Below are positions 14,054 to 27,125 of a stretch of 64,000 nucleotides of DNA, piece by piece. Source of the DNA: Squalus acanthias (Eukaryota); contig JASTWF010000138.1 of the NCBI GenBank assembly GCA_030390025.1, positions 620,001 to 684,000 of the forward strand. The letters run 5' to 3'. The translations under genes and the position numbers were made by a program. The notes under the pieces were generated by a model that saw only the letters and a program-made list of their open reading frames with translations, had not been told where the DNA came from and made no database searches. Within the stretch, counting starts at the first letter, position 1. Every line of letters starts with the position of its first letter.

Positions 14054-14366
14054 CCGGACAGCGAGTTTGCTCACACCTGCGATCACTGCCACGGCAGGAG
14101 CGTCGAAGAAAATGAGGCTTAAATTAAAATAATGGGTAAAAGTAACATAGATTTATAAAAATGTGTAAAAGTGTTCTGCTTTATTAGTGTTGATTGTCGT
14201 GTTCAATCTGCACAGATGCTTCAGAAGTTTTCCAATTCCCTTTATAAAGATAATGACCAGCACAAACTGAAATATCTCACTGATTCAATCTTAGGGGAGT
14301 CGGAATCCGGGTTTTGAGAGCGCTGTGGAATTTCATCTCTGTATTTTACAATTAAAAGTCCGCCGG

Positions 14367-14450
14367 AGTATTTGGCACGGCGAGTCTCACTGTGGAACAC
14401 TGCCTACTTCGACTACTGGGGACAAGGCACCATGGTGACGGTGACTACAG
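14367..14450 (+). CDS. IGHJ: IgH J segment preceded by a 12-RSS (probable germline-joined D2-J); coding 14395-14450
   Basis: agtatttgg-12-cactgtg, then AYFDYWGQGTMVTVTT and a gtaag donor at 14451. Confidence 0.9.
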
Positions 14451-14489
14451 GTAAGAAACATTCACTCTTTCAGTAACTGTTGTATTTGC

Positions 14490-15775
14490 GTCTTTATTTT
14501 GTATTTCTGTTTATTTCAATAATTCATTCATTCACTGAAACTTTGGTTCGGTGGATTCTGTATTGAGATTTTTTGCTCTGTTTCATTTGATTCTGCTGCA
14601 AAGGGATAAGAGAATTAAACAGTTTCTTCAGAAAAATTGTTGCTGAGGGATTGAGCCCCTGATTGATGTGATTTGGTGTTTATCTGCTCTTGAGACTGTG
14701 CGCCTGGGTTACTTTAAATACCCAACGGCTGTTGAACTGTTTGGCGATTCTACAATGTTTAATCTCGGTGACATCTAATGGTTGTAGGTTTTCTGATCAA
14801 ATGTAAACATTATGTGACTAAATGTGTTTGAAATAAGATTATAGGCAGAAAATAGAAAGCTCTAGCGGTCAAAAATAATCTTAAGTTATATTAATGTATT
14901 TTTATTTGTGATATTTACATTGTCATCTATTAATCTAATGTTTACCAACGGTCATATTCAATACGTGAAATGTTACTGTAATTTATAACTAAATAATTAA
15001 CAAATTTGTAGTCTGAATCAGATTTAAATTAATATAAATAAAGTTATCATATGTAGTAATATCACCCAATGTTACAACAATATGCTATATCAATATTAAT
15101 TTATTAACCATGATCCGTCTACTCACAATTCCGCTGTCATTATTTTATATTTATGTTTATTTCAATAATTAATTCGTTCAGTGATAGATGGGTTCGCTGG
15201 ATTCTGTATTGAGATTTTTTTGCAATGTTACATTTGATTCTGCTGAAAGGGTTTATAGAATGAAGCTGCTTCTCCACAAAACGTTCTGTTGCGGGATTCA
15301 GCCCCTCAGTGATGTGATTTGCTGTTTATCTGCTGAGGAGAGTGTGTGCCTGGGTTACTTTGAATAACTAAAGTTTGTGAAACTGTTTGGAGTTTCTGCA
15401 ATGTTTAATCTCGGTGACATCGAACTGCTGCAGGTTTTCTGATCTGTTTGAAACAGTTTGAAAGATGATTGTAGGCAGACAACAAGTAGGTTTTATAAAT
15501 CAAAAATCATTAAAAAATGATTTAATGCATGTTTTTATTTCAGTGAGAGTTACAGAGTCAACTATTAATCTATGGTTTATGGTGCTCACATTTAACAGGT
15601 GAAATGTTACTAAATTACGAATTATATAATTAACAATTTGCAGGTTGAAGGAGAGTTAAATTAATATAACTCAAACGATTACAATGCGGTAATATTGCCC
15701 AATATCACTAAATATGTTGCAGTATTAATATTAATGTATTAAACATTATTCGCCTTCCACAATTTTGCTGTGCAC
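14490..15775. repeat. Diverged tandem duplication (~650 bp x2) at the start of the J-C intron
   Basis: ttatttcaataatt..ggattctgtattgagatt..cctgggttacttt..aatgtttaatctcggtgacatc occurs in both 14510-15137 and 15157-15775. Confidence 0.8.
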
Positions 15776-16209
15776 TAGTCACAATTAACCTGAGCGGAGA
15801 ATTTTAGAGGCTGGAGACAATTTCTGATTATGTCTGAAATTATTTTAATAACAGCAGACTGATTCCACCGCAGTGTTCAGTTTAATGAGGGGTTTGAAAT
15901 TAATTGTTATCTCCCTGTTTCACACAGATGAATGACAGATTGTATTTAATTATGTATTAAATGCGAGTATAAATTGCAGTTTATAAATGTAATAAATCTG
16001 CCGGGATATTAAATTCTTACTGTGCAGCGGAAACCATGTTATTCCTTCAATATTATTTGTTGTTCGATAATGAGACAATAATCACTAAACTGATCTTAAA
16101 CAGTTTCTAAGATCATAGACTGAGCGGTCGCTGGCAGTCAAAGAATTGTTCATATGATTCTATTTAAATTCACGGAAGGTGCAGACTGCTTAAGGCTGGT
16201 GACAGACAA

Positions 16210-16380
16210 TTGTTGTCTGCAATTGTAAGGTACACATGCTTTGTTCTCTATCTATATATGCTTTGGCGATTCTGTATCTATTTACTTCACCTGAGGAAGG
16301 GGCAATCGATAGCTCCGAAAGCTTGTGATTTCAAATAAAACTGTTGGACTATAACCTGGTGTTGTGCGACCTCTCAATTT
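16210..16380 (+). mobile_element. Short Penelope-type terminal fragment with hammerhead motif
   Basis: tcac-CTGAGGA-a-ggggc..gctcc-GAAA-gctt-gtga; flanked by 10-bp direct repeat tgacagacaa (16200-16209, 16381-16390). Confidence 0.65.
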
Positions 16381-18214
16381 TGACAGACAAATAACCCATT
16401 GATATTCAAGCAGATTAATTTAATTATAAAAGGTTAATATTAGTTTTGAATTTAATAACAACATCCTGTCTCCCATTGCTGTGCTGTATACGGGATAGAA
16501 TTATAGACCGTGAACAGATTACATCTGAGAGTTATGTTTAATTCTCATTAATGTTAAATTGATCAACAAAATCTCTCCTCCATTTGCTCATTAAATTTCA
16601 GTGTCGCAGATGGTCTGATTGATTTGTTCTCCGCCAGTTTTACACTGATCATTCTGGAACTTATTTCCAATAAATAGCAGAATATATTTAATAATTAATT
16701 TACGAGCATTGTGTGAATTACGGGAGTAAAGTATAAAAAGATTGTTTGTGTTATTAAATAGCGGAGTCTCTGTTACTGACTGCAAACTGGCCGGTTGTCT
16801 TTTAATTCACGAAAATAGTATTTAAAGTTAAGATTGAGGACAGTGTTTAAACTCGAGACCCTGCTTTAGTAAACATACGGTGTTACAGTCCATCGGTAGT
16901 TAGTGAGATGTGACCACGGCCAGACTTTGAACTATTTAAAATAATCCACTCCTAAATCCATCATGTGAAATCCACTCTGAGAAAAGATGGAGTTTATGTT
17001 GTATCAGAGAGTTCAGGAACATGCAGAGTTTACAAGTGTGTAGATAGAGAGCGGGAATGTATTAGAAGTTAGTGACCATTTTAACTTATTCAAATGTGAT
17101 TTGATTTAAATAAAAATAATATATTTGTCTGAATGTCTTTATTTATTAATATGATTTTTAATATTTTAATATTGATAAGTTTCATGTTAATTTACTTGAA
17201 ACCCTATAAGTTCAAAAGTTACCAGGCAGAAACAGGATTAAAATTAATATCAACCAATTTTAATACAATGTAGCTAACATCAATATTAACTTAGAATATA
17301 ATGTGAGTGCGAATTAATTAAACATAAATGACCTCCCACAATTGCGTTGTATACTGGACAGGATTACAGTTACTGTAAAATCTCAAGGGTTGGAGAGAAT
17401 TTTAAATTATGTCTAAAATTAATTTAGAAACAATACATGTCTTACTCAGCTGTGCTCAGCTCGAGAAGGTGTCGCCGCAGATTTTAATGAATTAACTTCG
17501 TGTTTTGCCTCGATGATTTTACCGGTTATATTTAATTATGAAATTATATTAACCCAGTGGGTAATCGGTTTTCAATGTAAATGTCTCCTGGTTTGTTAAA
17601 TTCTTACTCTGTCACGGAGTCACTGTTTTATGCAGCAAATTACTCTGGAATGTGAATGATTTCAGTAAACTGGTTTTCAGGGAAGCTAAATCTTATTTGT
17701 TTGTAAGATTGTAGACAGAGGGGGAGAAATGGTTGGAAGTCGAAGAGAGTTTTTCAAATTAATATCAGTTTAATTTCAAAAAACGTGCAGACTTGAGGTG
17801 GTCGGAAATTGACAAGAGAGCAATTAGAAATCAGCTTCATTGAAATTGACAGATTGAACAGATCTATCTGCTGAGAGCACGATTGTTGCACCGTATGTGT
17901 CTGTTCTGTTTCTGTGCGCCTGCTCACTGTGTGAGAATCAGGAGTCCTCCTGACTGGTTGTAAACCTGCTGGTTTTTTCTCTTGTGTTTCATGGAGTACA
18001 ATTCGAAGCATTTATTTCAGAAGCTTGTATCTGTGAGAAATGCGATAGTTTGACTTTAAGTTTGAGGAGGCGTCTCAGAAATTGGATCAGTAACACAGTT
18101 TGTGACAATCAGAAGGAGCATTTCAGAAACACTTCTGGCAGACTGTAGAAGGAGCTTTAATCAGTTTCTAACCCGTGCCGTATCTGACCTGGGTGTGTTT
18201 GATGGGACAGTGTA

Positions 18215-19850
18215 CATAGATACATAGATACATACATAGAAGATAGGAGCAGGAGTAGGCCATCCGGCCCTTCGAGCCTGCTCCGCCATTTAATGAGATC
18301 ATGGCTGATCCTTCAATTCAGTATCCCGTCCCCGCCTTCTCTCCGTAACCCTTAACCCCTTTTGCCTGTAGAAATATATCTAATTCCCTCTTAAATATAT
18401 TTAATGAGCTGGCGTACACTGCCCTCTGTGGCAATGAGTTCCACAGGTTCACCACTCTCTGAGTGAAGAAATTCCCCCTCATTTCTGTCCTAAATGGTTT
18501 AGCCCTTATCCTTAAATTATGTCCTCTAGTTCTGTTCTCACCCGCCAAGGGAAACATTCCTTCTGCATCTAATCTGTCTAGACCTGTCAGAATTTTATAC
18601 ACTTCTATGAGGTCCCCTCTCAATCTTCTAAACTCCAGTGTGTACATCCCTAAACTACATAGTCTCTCCTCATAGGTCAATCCCGCCATTCCTGGTATCA
18701 GCCTGGTGAATCGCCGCTGCACCCCCTCCATGGCAAGAACATCTTTCCTCAGATGAGGCGACCAAAACTGTACACAGTACTCGAGGTGTGGTCTCACCAG
18801 TGCCCTGTACAGCTGCAGCAAGGTATCCCTGTTCCTGTATTCCAACCCTTTTGCTATGAAGGCCAGCATACCGTTTGCCTTCTTGACCGCCTGTTGCACC
18901 TGCATGCTCGCCTTCAGTGACTGGTGTACAAGAACACCCAGGTCTCTCTGTACTTCCCCCTCTCCCAATTTATTGCCATTTAAATAATAATTTGCCCTCC
19001 CGTTCCTGCACCCAAGGTGGATAACTTCGCACTTGTCCACATTATAGTGCATCTGCCATTTATCCGCCCAATCACCCAGTCTGTCCAAATCGCTCTGGAG
19101 CTTCCTGGTCTCCTCCTCTGAGCCCACCCCCCCTCCTAGTTTAGTGTCGTCTGCAAATTTGGAAATGCTGCATTCGACTCCCTGATCCAGGTCATTAATA
19201 TAAATTGTGAACAGCTGGGGACCCAGGACAGATCCCTGTGGTACCCCACTTGTTACTGCCTGCCATTCAGAAAATGAGCCGTTTATTCCAACTCTCTGTT
19301 TTCTATCTGACAGCCAGTTCTCTATCCACGTCAATACTTTCCCCTTTATCCCATGAGCTTCAATTTTCCATGCTAATCTTTTATGTGGGACCTTATCGAA
19401 GGCCTTTTGGAAGTCCAGGTACACCACATCTACTGGCTCTCCCCCATCTATTTTACCAGTTACTCCCTCAAAAAATTCCAATAGATTAGTCAAGCACGAT
19501 TTACCCTTTGTAAATCCATGTTGACTCTGTCCTATCCTGTCCCCATTTGCTAAGTGCTCGGCTATTTCATCCTTAATGATGGACTCCAGCATTTTGCCCA
19601 CAACTGATGTAAGGCTTACAGGTCTGTAATTACCTGCTTTTTCCCTACCCCCCTTTTTGAATAGTGGGGTAACGTTAGCTACCCTCCAATCCATGGGCAC
19701 TGTTCCCGAGTCTAATGAATTCTGAAAAATCATGCTTAGTGCATCCGCTATCTCTAGGGCCACCTCCTTCAGTACCCTAGGATGCATGTTATCAGGCCCT
19801 GGGGATTTGTCCGCCTTCAATCCCTTTAGCTTCCTTAACACCATATCCTG
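18215..19850 (-). mobile_element. CR1 LINE, 5'-truncated, with an uninterrupted 508-aa RT ORF
   Basis: ORF 18318..19844 with KSPGPD, YLDFQKAFDKV, PQGSVLGP and FADDTK; microsatellite tail at ~18215-18245. Confidence 0.95.
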
Positions 19851-19851
19851 A

Positions 19852-20340
19852 TTTACTCTGTACTTAACCCGTGCTGTACCTGCCCTGGGAGTGTTTGATG
19901 GGATAGTGTAGAGGGAGCTTTACTCTGTATCTAACCCGTGTTGTACCTGCCCTGGGAGTGTTTGATGCGACAGTGCAGAGGGAACTTTACTCTGTACCTA
20001 ACCCGTGTCGTACCTGCCCTGGGTGTGTTTGATGGGACAGTGTAGACGGAGCTTTTCTCTGTCCCTAACCCGTGCTGTTGTGCCCCGTGAATCTTTGATG
20101 GTTCAGTGTAAAGGGAGAATTTACTCTGTATCTAGCCCATGTTGTACCTGCCCTGGAAATGTTTGATTGTGAAATGTAGGATGGAGCTTTGCTCTGTATT
20201 TAACCAGTCCGGTGCCTTACCCGGAGTGTTTGAGAGTGCTGTGCAGACTTGGCGTTGCTCGGGATCAATCCCTTCCTATACCTGAGGGTACAGCGGATGG
20301 CAGGACAGTGCAGAGGGAGCTTTACTCTGTATCTGTACTG
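19852..20340. repeat. ~66-bp satellite (ctaacccgtgctgtacctgccctgggagtgtttgatgggacagtgtagagggagctttactctgtat)
   Basis: Tandem units; related copies at 18140-18214 (split off by the CR1 insertion) and inverted at ~33770-33905. Confidence 0.85.
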
Positions 20341-21089
20341 TAACAGATCTGTGAGTGCTTTGTCCCGTGTTGTTCAAGGAACCTTAATGCGCGTCCAACT
20401 AATAAAGTGTGAGTTTCCGCACCAGATATATAAAAATAAAACTTTCCATTGCTCCGATGAAACAACCACGCATTAATTGAGTTTAACCTTATTGCAAATA
20501 AAACTGCCCAATTTTTAATGAATTAATAAACTTTAAGCATTCTGAGTATCAGATAATGATTGAATGAGATTGGCCTGATCCTGAGCTCACTTTCAGAACA
20601 AACAGTTTCAGGAAGTGACTGTAACGCTCCAGAAAGCAGCGCCTGTTCTGATCTGATGGGAGGCTGGAAGTTATTTTGACAATTTAAATAGAGAATGTCG
20701 AGAACCCGCTCCAAATAACCATCATGGGAACATTATGTTTGAAAGCATTATTTCGTTCAATTGGTTTATTGAAAAGGTAACAGGCCGGGACAAACGCGTG
20801 TGAGGTGCAGCTATTGGACTGGGTCACAGCACAAGGCTCACAGTCACTGAGCCGCACCTCTGTGAAACATTTAAAGAGAAACAGTCAGCCTGCGATGAGT
20901 CGTCATTCACAATAAGCTTTAAGACACTGTGACGGGATCCGATTGAATCATTTGATTCAAATTCCTCAGTTCCTTTATTTTAAACATCCTCTTGCATTAT
21001 AACAAACAATAAAATAGATCTGATAGAGGTGTTCAACATTATGAAGCGTTTCCTTCCATTAAATCGGGAAGAACTAATTCTGCTGAGCC

Positions 21090-22260
21090 GTGTAGAATCA
21101 CAGAATCTCAGAGCACAGAAGGGGCCGCTCGGCCCGTCTTGCCTGTGCTGGCTCTGAAAGAGCTGTCCAATCAAATCCCAGCTTTTTCCTCGTAACCCTC
21201 CACTGAGTCCTCTTCAAGAACATGTCCAGTTGCCTCGTGCATTCTAGAACTTAACAACCCTCTGTTTGAAAAAAATGAGCCTCAGTTCCCCTCTAGATAT
21301 TTTGCCAATTATTTTAAATCTGTGGCCTTTGGTTACCGACATTCTCGCCAGAGGAAACCGTTCCTCCCGACATGCTCTGACAAAACCTCTCACAATTTTG
21401 AACACCTCTATTAGGTCTCTCCTTAACCTTCTCTGCTCCAAGGAACAATCCCAGCTTATCCAATCTCTCCACATAACTGAAGTCTCTCATCCCCGGTATC
21501 ATCCTGGTCAACCTCCTCTGTACCCTCTTCAAGTCCTTGTCATCCTTCCAAAATTGTGGTGGTCAGAATTGAATATCCTACTTCATCTGATGCCTAACCA
21601 GTGATTTGTAAAGGTTTAGCAGGACTTCCTTGTTTTTCTATGCAATGCCCCTTTTACAATGACAAATATCCCACACACTTCCGTAACCACCTGATCAACT
21701 TGCCCTGCCACCTTCACAGATTTGTGAATAAGCTCCCCAGATCCCTCTGCTCTTGCATTCCCCACAAAATAGTACGTTAGATTATACTGACTCTCCCTGT
21801 TGTTCCTCCCAAAGTGCATCACTTCACACTTATCTGCATTAAATTGCATCAGCCACATGTCTGCCCATTTCACCAGTCTGTCTATGTCCTCCTGAAGTCC
21901 GCTGCTATCCTCCTCCCGAGTTACTACGTTGCCAAGTTTTGCATCATCTGCGAACTTGGAAACTGTACTCCCTATAAACAGGTCCAGGTAATTGATATAT
22001 AAAACATGAAAAGCAATGGTCCTAATACCGACACAAGTGGGACCCCACTGCATACTTCTCTCCAGTCAGAAAAACATCCGTTCACCACTACTCTCTGCCT
22101 CCTCTCCCTCAGCCAATTACATACCCAAGTTACCTCCATCCTTTAATGTGTTTCTATTTTCCGAATAAGTCTTTTATGAGATACTTTATAAAATGCCATT
22201 TGAAAGTCTATATGTACAACATCTACTGCAACACCATCATCAACTCTCTCTGTTACTTCA
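21090..22260 (-). mobile_element. Degraded CR1 LINE
   Basis: SKFADDAKLG, KCEVMHFG and RVQRRLTRMIPG motifs. Confidence 0.85.
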
Positions 22261-23393
22261 CACTGTAGACCGAGCTTTCAGTATCTGACCAATACGCCGC
22301 AGGTGTTTGACTTATCCGCACAAACCAGAAGCCAGAGTTGCCCACATCAGCAGTCAGCATATTAGTTATTGTTTGTCCTTCCTTGCATAGAACCCGCTGA
22401 TAACCAATCGATTTAGAATGTTTAAGGATTGCCAATATTAGATATTTAGAGAAGAAACCTGTCCCGATGTTTAGATTATTTTCGGTACAAACAGCAACAA
22501 GAAGTGACTGTAACGACCCAGAAAGCAGCGCCTGTTCTCTCTGGTGGGAGGGTGGAAAGTAATTTGGAAAATGCAATGGAGCATTTAAAGAGCATCGTTC
22601 CATATAACCGGCTTTGGGAATCGTATTTAATTCGGATTATTTAATTGAGTGAGTGGGAGGAGGAAAGTCAGGAGACATCCATTCAGTAGAATGGGATAGA
22701 GCTCAAGTCACACTGCATCGCTCTTCCTCCAATTCTGAGAAGGAACGAGAGAGACTCGAATCAATCCCGATTCATCTAAAGCTTGAATCTTAGAAACCAG
22801 GCTGTGCAAAAGTTCCCAATTCAAATCTGTGCGCTAAATTATTCCGCTCACATTTTAAAGGAGACTTCAACCTTTTATTGTAAACGTCCTTTATTGTCAT
22901 GGGAACAAAGAAGATTTAGATGAGGTCTGATAGAGGGGTTTGGAATTATGAAGGGTTTTATGAAGGGATTCGGGAAACATATATCCCCGAGTCGGTGAGT
23001 TGGTGAGTAAATGGCACTGATTGAAAATCAGCAGCAACAGAATGAAGGGTGTCGGAATTATTCTACTTTTCTACACAGGGGGCTGTTGAACATGGGATGT
23101 CCTATCAGAAAGAGGGCTGCATGCAGAATCCACAATAGCTCGATAAAATTGCACAGTTGAGAAGATTGGGAATTGGAAGGTGCACGGGATTGGTGGAGAG
23201 ATCTTTCAGAGGCGTGACTGGCCCAATAGCCTCCTTCTGTGCTGTAAAGTTGTATTATTTTATAATTCCGGTCATGCTTTATAAACATGCTGGGATTTGT
23301 TTTAAAGGTAATACTACTAGTAGATCTAGCTGTAGGAGTTTTGTGATGAGGAGAACTAATCCCACCGCTATTCAAACAAGTCTATCCCCTGAA

Positions 23394-23590
23394 AACAACA
23401 ACTTGCATTTATATAGCGCCTTTAACGTAGTAAAACGTCCCAAGACGATTCACAGGAGCGTCAGCAGATACAATCTGACACCGAGCCACATAAGGAGATA
23501 TTATTTTATTCTTTAGTATGGTTGGTAGTTACTCTGACAGTTGACCAAAAGCTTGGTCAAAGAGGTAGGTTTTAAGGCAGCATCTTACAA
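23394..23590 (-). mobile_element. L2-type LINE 3' end
   Basis: Inverted copy of the 3' end seen at 290-460. Confidence 0.7.
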
Positions 23591-24043
23591 TGGAGAAATG
23601 ACGACACTTTGATATCATGGAATGACCTGATTCTGTGCTGATAATAAGAGGCTGACAGCAAAAGGATGTAGGGAGGAGCTCAGTGGACAGAATGTGAAAG
23701 AATCTAATGTGAAAGTGGTTGAGGATTGAGGGGAGTGTTCCATAACAGGGGATCAAGAGCTGGAGGAAGTCCCGATAAAATATTCCGGCATTCACTCGGT
23801 ATAAAGGGGCCTCATGGACAGAATGCCCCTTTCAGACTCCTGACTTTTCTTATGTACAAGACTGGAGTCACATGAAGGCATTTCACGTCGGGTCTCACAA
23901 TTCACAGAAACTCAAATGCTGATCGAGGTTTTGATTGGCAAATGATGGAATTGTTCATTCTGTAGTCACATTTCGAGTTGTTTGGTTATGTTATAAGCAC
24001 GGATTACAGAGTCTAACTTGTTCAATTGGCCATTCTTTCCCAG

Positions 24044-24343
24044 CGACACAGTCTCCTCCCACCCTCTACGCCCTGCTCTCCTCCTGTGAACAACCCAACA
24101 CCGGCGGCCCCGTCACGTACGGCTGTTTGGCGATGGACTACTTCCCGGAAATCACCAGCCTTTCCTGGAGTAAAGATAAAGAGCCGATCACCACTGGATT
24201 GAAGACCTATCCGTCAGTGTTCAACAAGCAGGGAACCTACACCCTGAGCAGCCAGTTAACTATCACCGAGTCAGAGGTGGGGAGCAGCACAATCTACTGC
24301 CAGGTTCGACAAAGTGGGTCGGACTTAAGCGTCAAAATGCCAG
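24044..24343 (+). CDS. IGHM: IgM constant exon Cmu1
   Basis: [40 protein letters not shown]; AG/GT phase 1. Confidence 0.95.
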
Positions 24344-24359
24344 GTCAGTGTTGTGGGAT

Positions 24360-25210
24360 ACAGGGGGAAACTGTGAAAAGCAGAGAAGTTATGTTCAACT
24401 TCTATACAACCTTGGTTAGACCAGACTTAAAGTACTGTGCACAGTTCTGGTCTCCATCTCACACTTGGAGTGCTGAGCGCATTTCTGGCCTCCATATCAG
24501 ATTTACAATACTGTGCACAGTTCTGGTCTCCACAACATACTTAGAGTATTGTGAACAGTTGTAGTCTCCATATCACACTTAGTGTACTGTGCACAGTTCT
24601 GTTCTCCATATCACACTTACAATTCTGTGCACAGTCCTGGTCTCCATATCACACTTACAATACTGTGCACAGTCCTGGTCTCCATATCACACTTGGAGTG
24701 CTGAGCACAGTCCTGGTCTCCATATCACACTTACAATACTGTGCACAGTCCTGGTCTCCATATCACACTTGGAGTGCTGAGCACAGTTCTGGTCTCCATA
24801 TCACACTTAGAATACTGTGCACAGTTCTGTTCTCCATATCACACTTAATGCACTGTGCACAGTTCTGGTCTCTATATCACACTTACAATTCTGTGCACAG
24901 TTCTGTTCTCCATATCACACTTAATGTACTGTGCACAGTTCTGTTCTCCATATCACACTTACAATACTGTGCGCAGTTCTGGTCTCCATATCACACTTAG
25001 TGTACTGTGCACAGTTCTGTTCTCCATATCACACTTACAATTCTGTGCACAGTTCTGTTCTCCATATCACACTTACAATACTGTGCACAGTTCTCGTCTC
25101 CATATCACACTTAGTGTACTGTGCACAGTTCTGTTCTCCATATCACACTTCCTGTACTGTGTAGAGTTCCGGTCTCCATATCGCTCTTAGAATACTGTGC
25201 ACAGTTCTGC
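24360..25210 (+). repeat. CR1 fragment expanded into a 38-bp minisatellite (cacacttacaatactgtgcacagttctggtctccatat)n
   Basis: Begins with CR1-like [21 protein letters not shown], followed by about 20 tandem copies of the YCAQFWSPY-encoding unit. Confidence 0.9.
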
Positions 25211-25332
25211 TCTCTGGAAGTGCCAGGTTAGCGTGAGCCTGACAGTAAAGGGCCTGTTAAAATATAAGGATACTTTGCATTTCTTAATCATTTATTTTAT
25301 AAGGAATGTCATTAACATGTGTTCTTTTGAAG

Positions 25333-25650
25333 TATCGAAATGTGATATCGTCCCTCCAACTGTGATCCTCACCCTGAGTTCCAGTGAAGAAATCACCAGC
25401 AGCAGGTCTGTAACCGCCGTGTGCTCAATCATCGATTTCCGTCCAAAGTCACTGACCGTGAATTGGCTGAAGAATGGACAACTCATGGATTCGGGCTTCG
25501 TCACCTCTCCCGTCTTTGAAGTGAACGGGAACTTCTCGGCGACCAGTCGGCTGACATTCACCGCCGGGGATTGGTTCGCCGACTCGGTCTATACCTGCCA
25601 GGTCACTCATGAACGAATCCCCCAAAGCAGAAACATCTCCAGATCTAAGG
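25333..25650 (+). CDS. IGHM: IgM constant exon Cmu2
   Basis: [39 protein letters not shown]; aag acceptor, gtaag donor. Confidence 0.93.
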
Positions 25651-25944
25651 GTAAGAGACACAACCCCGGGAAGTTCCAGATCATTCTGAGCGCCGATCTC
25701 AGTCAGGACTTTTATTGGAATTAGTAAAAAGCACAGAACTATTTCTAATTTCCAATCATACAGTTTGTGTTTCCTTCCGATGTCAGTGCTGACTCAGGGT
25801 TCCTCACGGTTCAGGATTCCATCACCTCGCCAAAGGTTTCCCTCAGCTGTGATGTCAGTGAGTGAGGTGTCCTCAGTCTCAGGTTTACCCTGAGAAAGCT
25901 CTATTTCTAATTTCCAATCATGCTGTTTGTGTTTTCTTCCGATA

Positions 25945-26380
25945 TAAAAGAAAAGAAAGAACTGCCTTTACATAGCGCCATTCCCGACCTCCGGACGTCC
26001 CAAAGCGCTTTACCGCCAAGGAAGTAATTCCTGAAATGTGGTCACTGTTGTAATGTAGAAATCGCGGCGGCCAATTTGCAGACAGTAAGGGCCCACAAAC
26101 AACAATGTGATAATGAACAGATAATCTTATTATTTGGTGATGTTTGTTGAGGGATAAGTATTGGCCAGGCCACCTGGGAGAACTGGCCTGCTCTTCCTCG
26201 AAATAGTGCCATAGGATCTTTTACGTCCACCTGAGAGAGCAGACGGGGCGTCGGTTTAACTTCTAAAGCGAAAGACGGCACCTCCGTCAGTGCAGCTCTC
26301 CCTCAGTGCTGCACTAGGTGTGTCAATTTACATTTTGTGTTCAAGTATTTGGAGTGAGACTTGAACCCACGATCTTCTGA
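25945..26380 (-). mobile_element. tRNA-derived SINE (Deu-domain/SacSINE1-like)
   Basis: Reverse complement has a B-box head (gggttcaagtc), a conserved core and an L2-like tail ending in (ttct)n. Confidence 0.65.
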
Positions 26381-26589
26381 ATCAGGATTCCTCAGGTTCA
26401 TGATTCCATAACATCGCCAAAGGAGGTTTCCCTCTGCTCTGATGTCAGTCAGTGAGTGAGGTGTCTTCGGTCTCAGGTTAATCCTGAGTTGGCTGATCAT
26501 ATTCGGAGCGGCAGTAGGTGTCTGGAACCCTTTACTGGTAACTGTCTCGGGACCCACTGCTAGAAAGGGCATCTTCCCTTTTTAGAGAA

Positions 26590-27125
26590 CTGCGTTCAAT
26601 TCTGGACACCGCGCATCAGGATGGATATATTGGCCTTGGAGGGGCCGCAGTGCAGATTTAAAAGAATGACACGGGGATAAAAGTGTTAAATAATGAGGAG
26701 AGGCTGCACAGATAGACTCGTATTCCTCTGAGTATAGAAGATTAAGAGGTGATCTAATTGAGGTGTTTAAGTTGATAAATGGAATTGATAGGGGAGATAG
26801 AGAGAAACTAATTCCTCTGGTGCGGGAGTCCAGAACAAGAGGCATAACCTTAAAATTAGAACTGAGCCGTTCAGGGGTGATGTCAGGAAACACTTCTTCA
26901 CACGAAGGACAGTGGAAATCTGGAACTCTCCCCGCCAAATGCTCTTGAGTCTGTGGGCCAATTGCAAATTTCAAAACTGAGATTGATAGATGTTTGTTAG
27001 GCAAAGGTATCAAGGGTTACAGAAACAAGGCGGGTAGATGGTGTTGAGGTGTAGATCAGCCATGATCTCATTGAATGGCGGAACAGGCTGGATGGGCCGA
27101 ATGGCCTGCTCCTGGTCCTCTGTTG
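26590..27125 (+). mobile_element. CR1 3' fragment
   Basis: YCVQFW-like and RRLRGDLIEVFK..SRTRG motifs plus 3' UTR. Confidence 0.85.
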
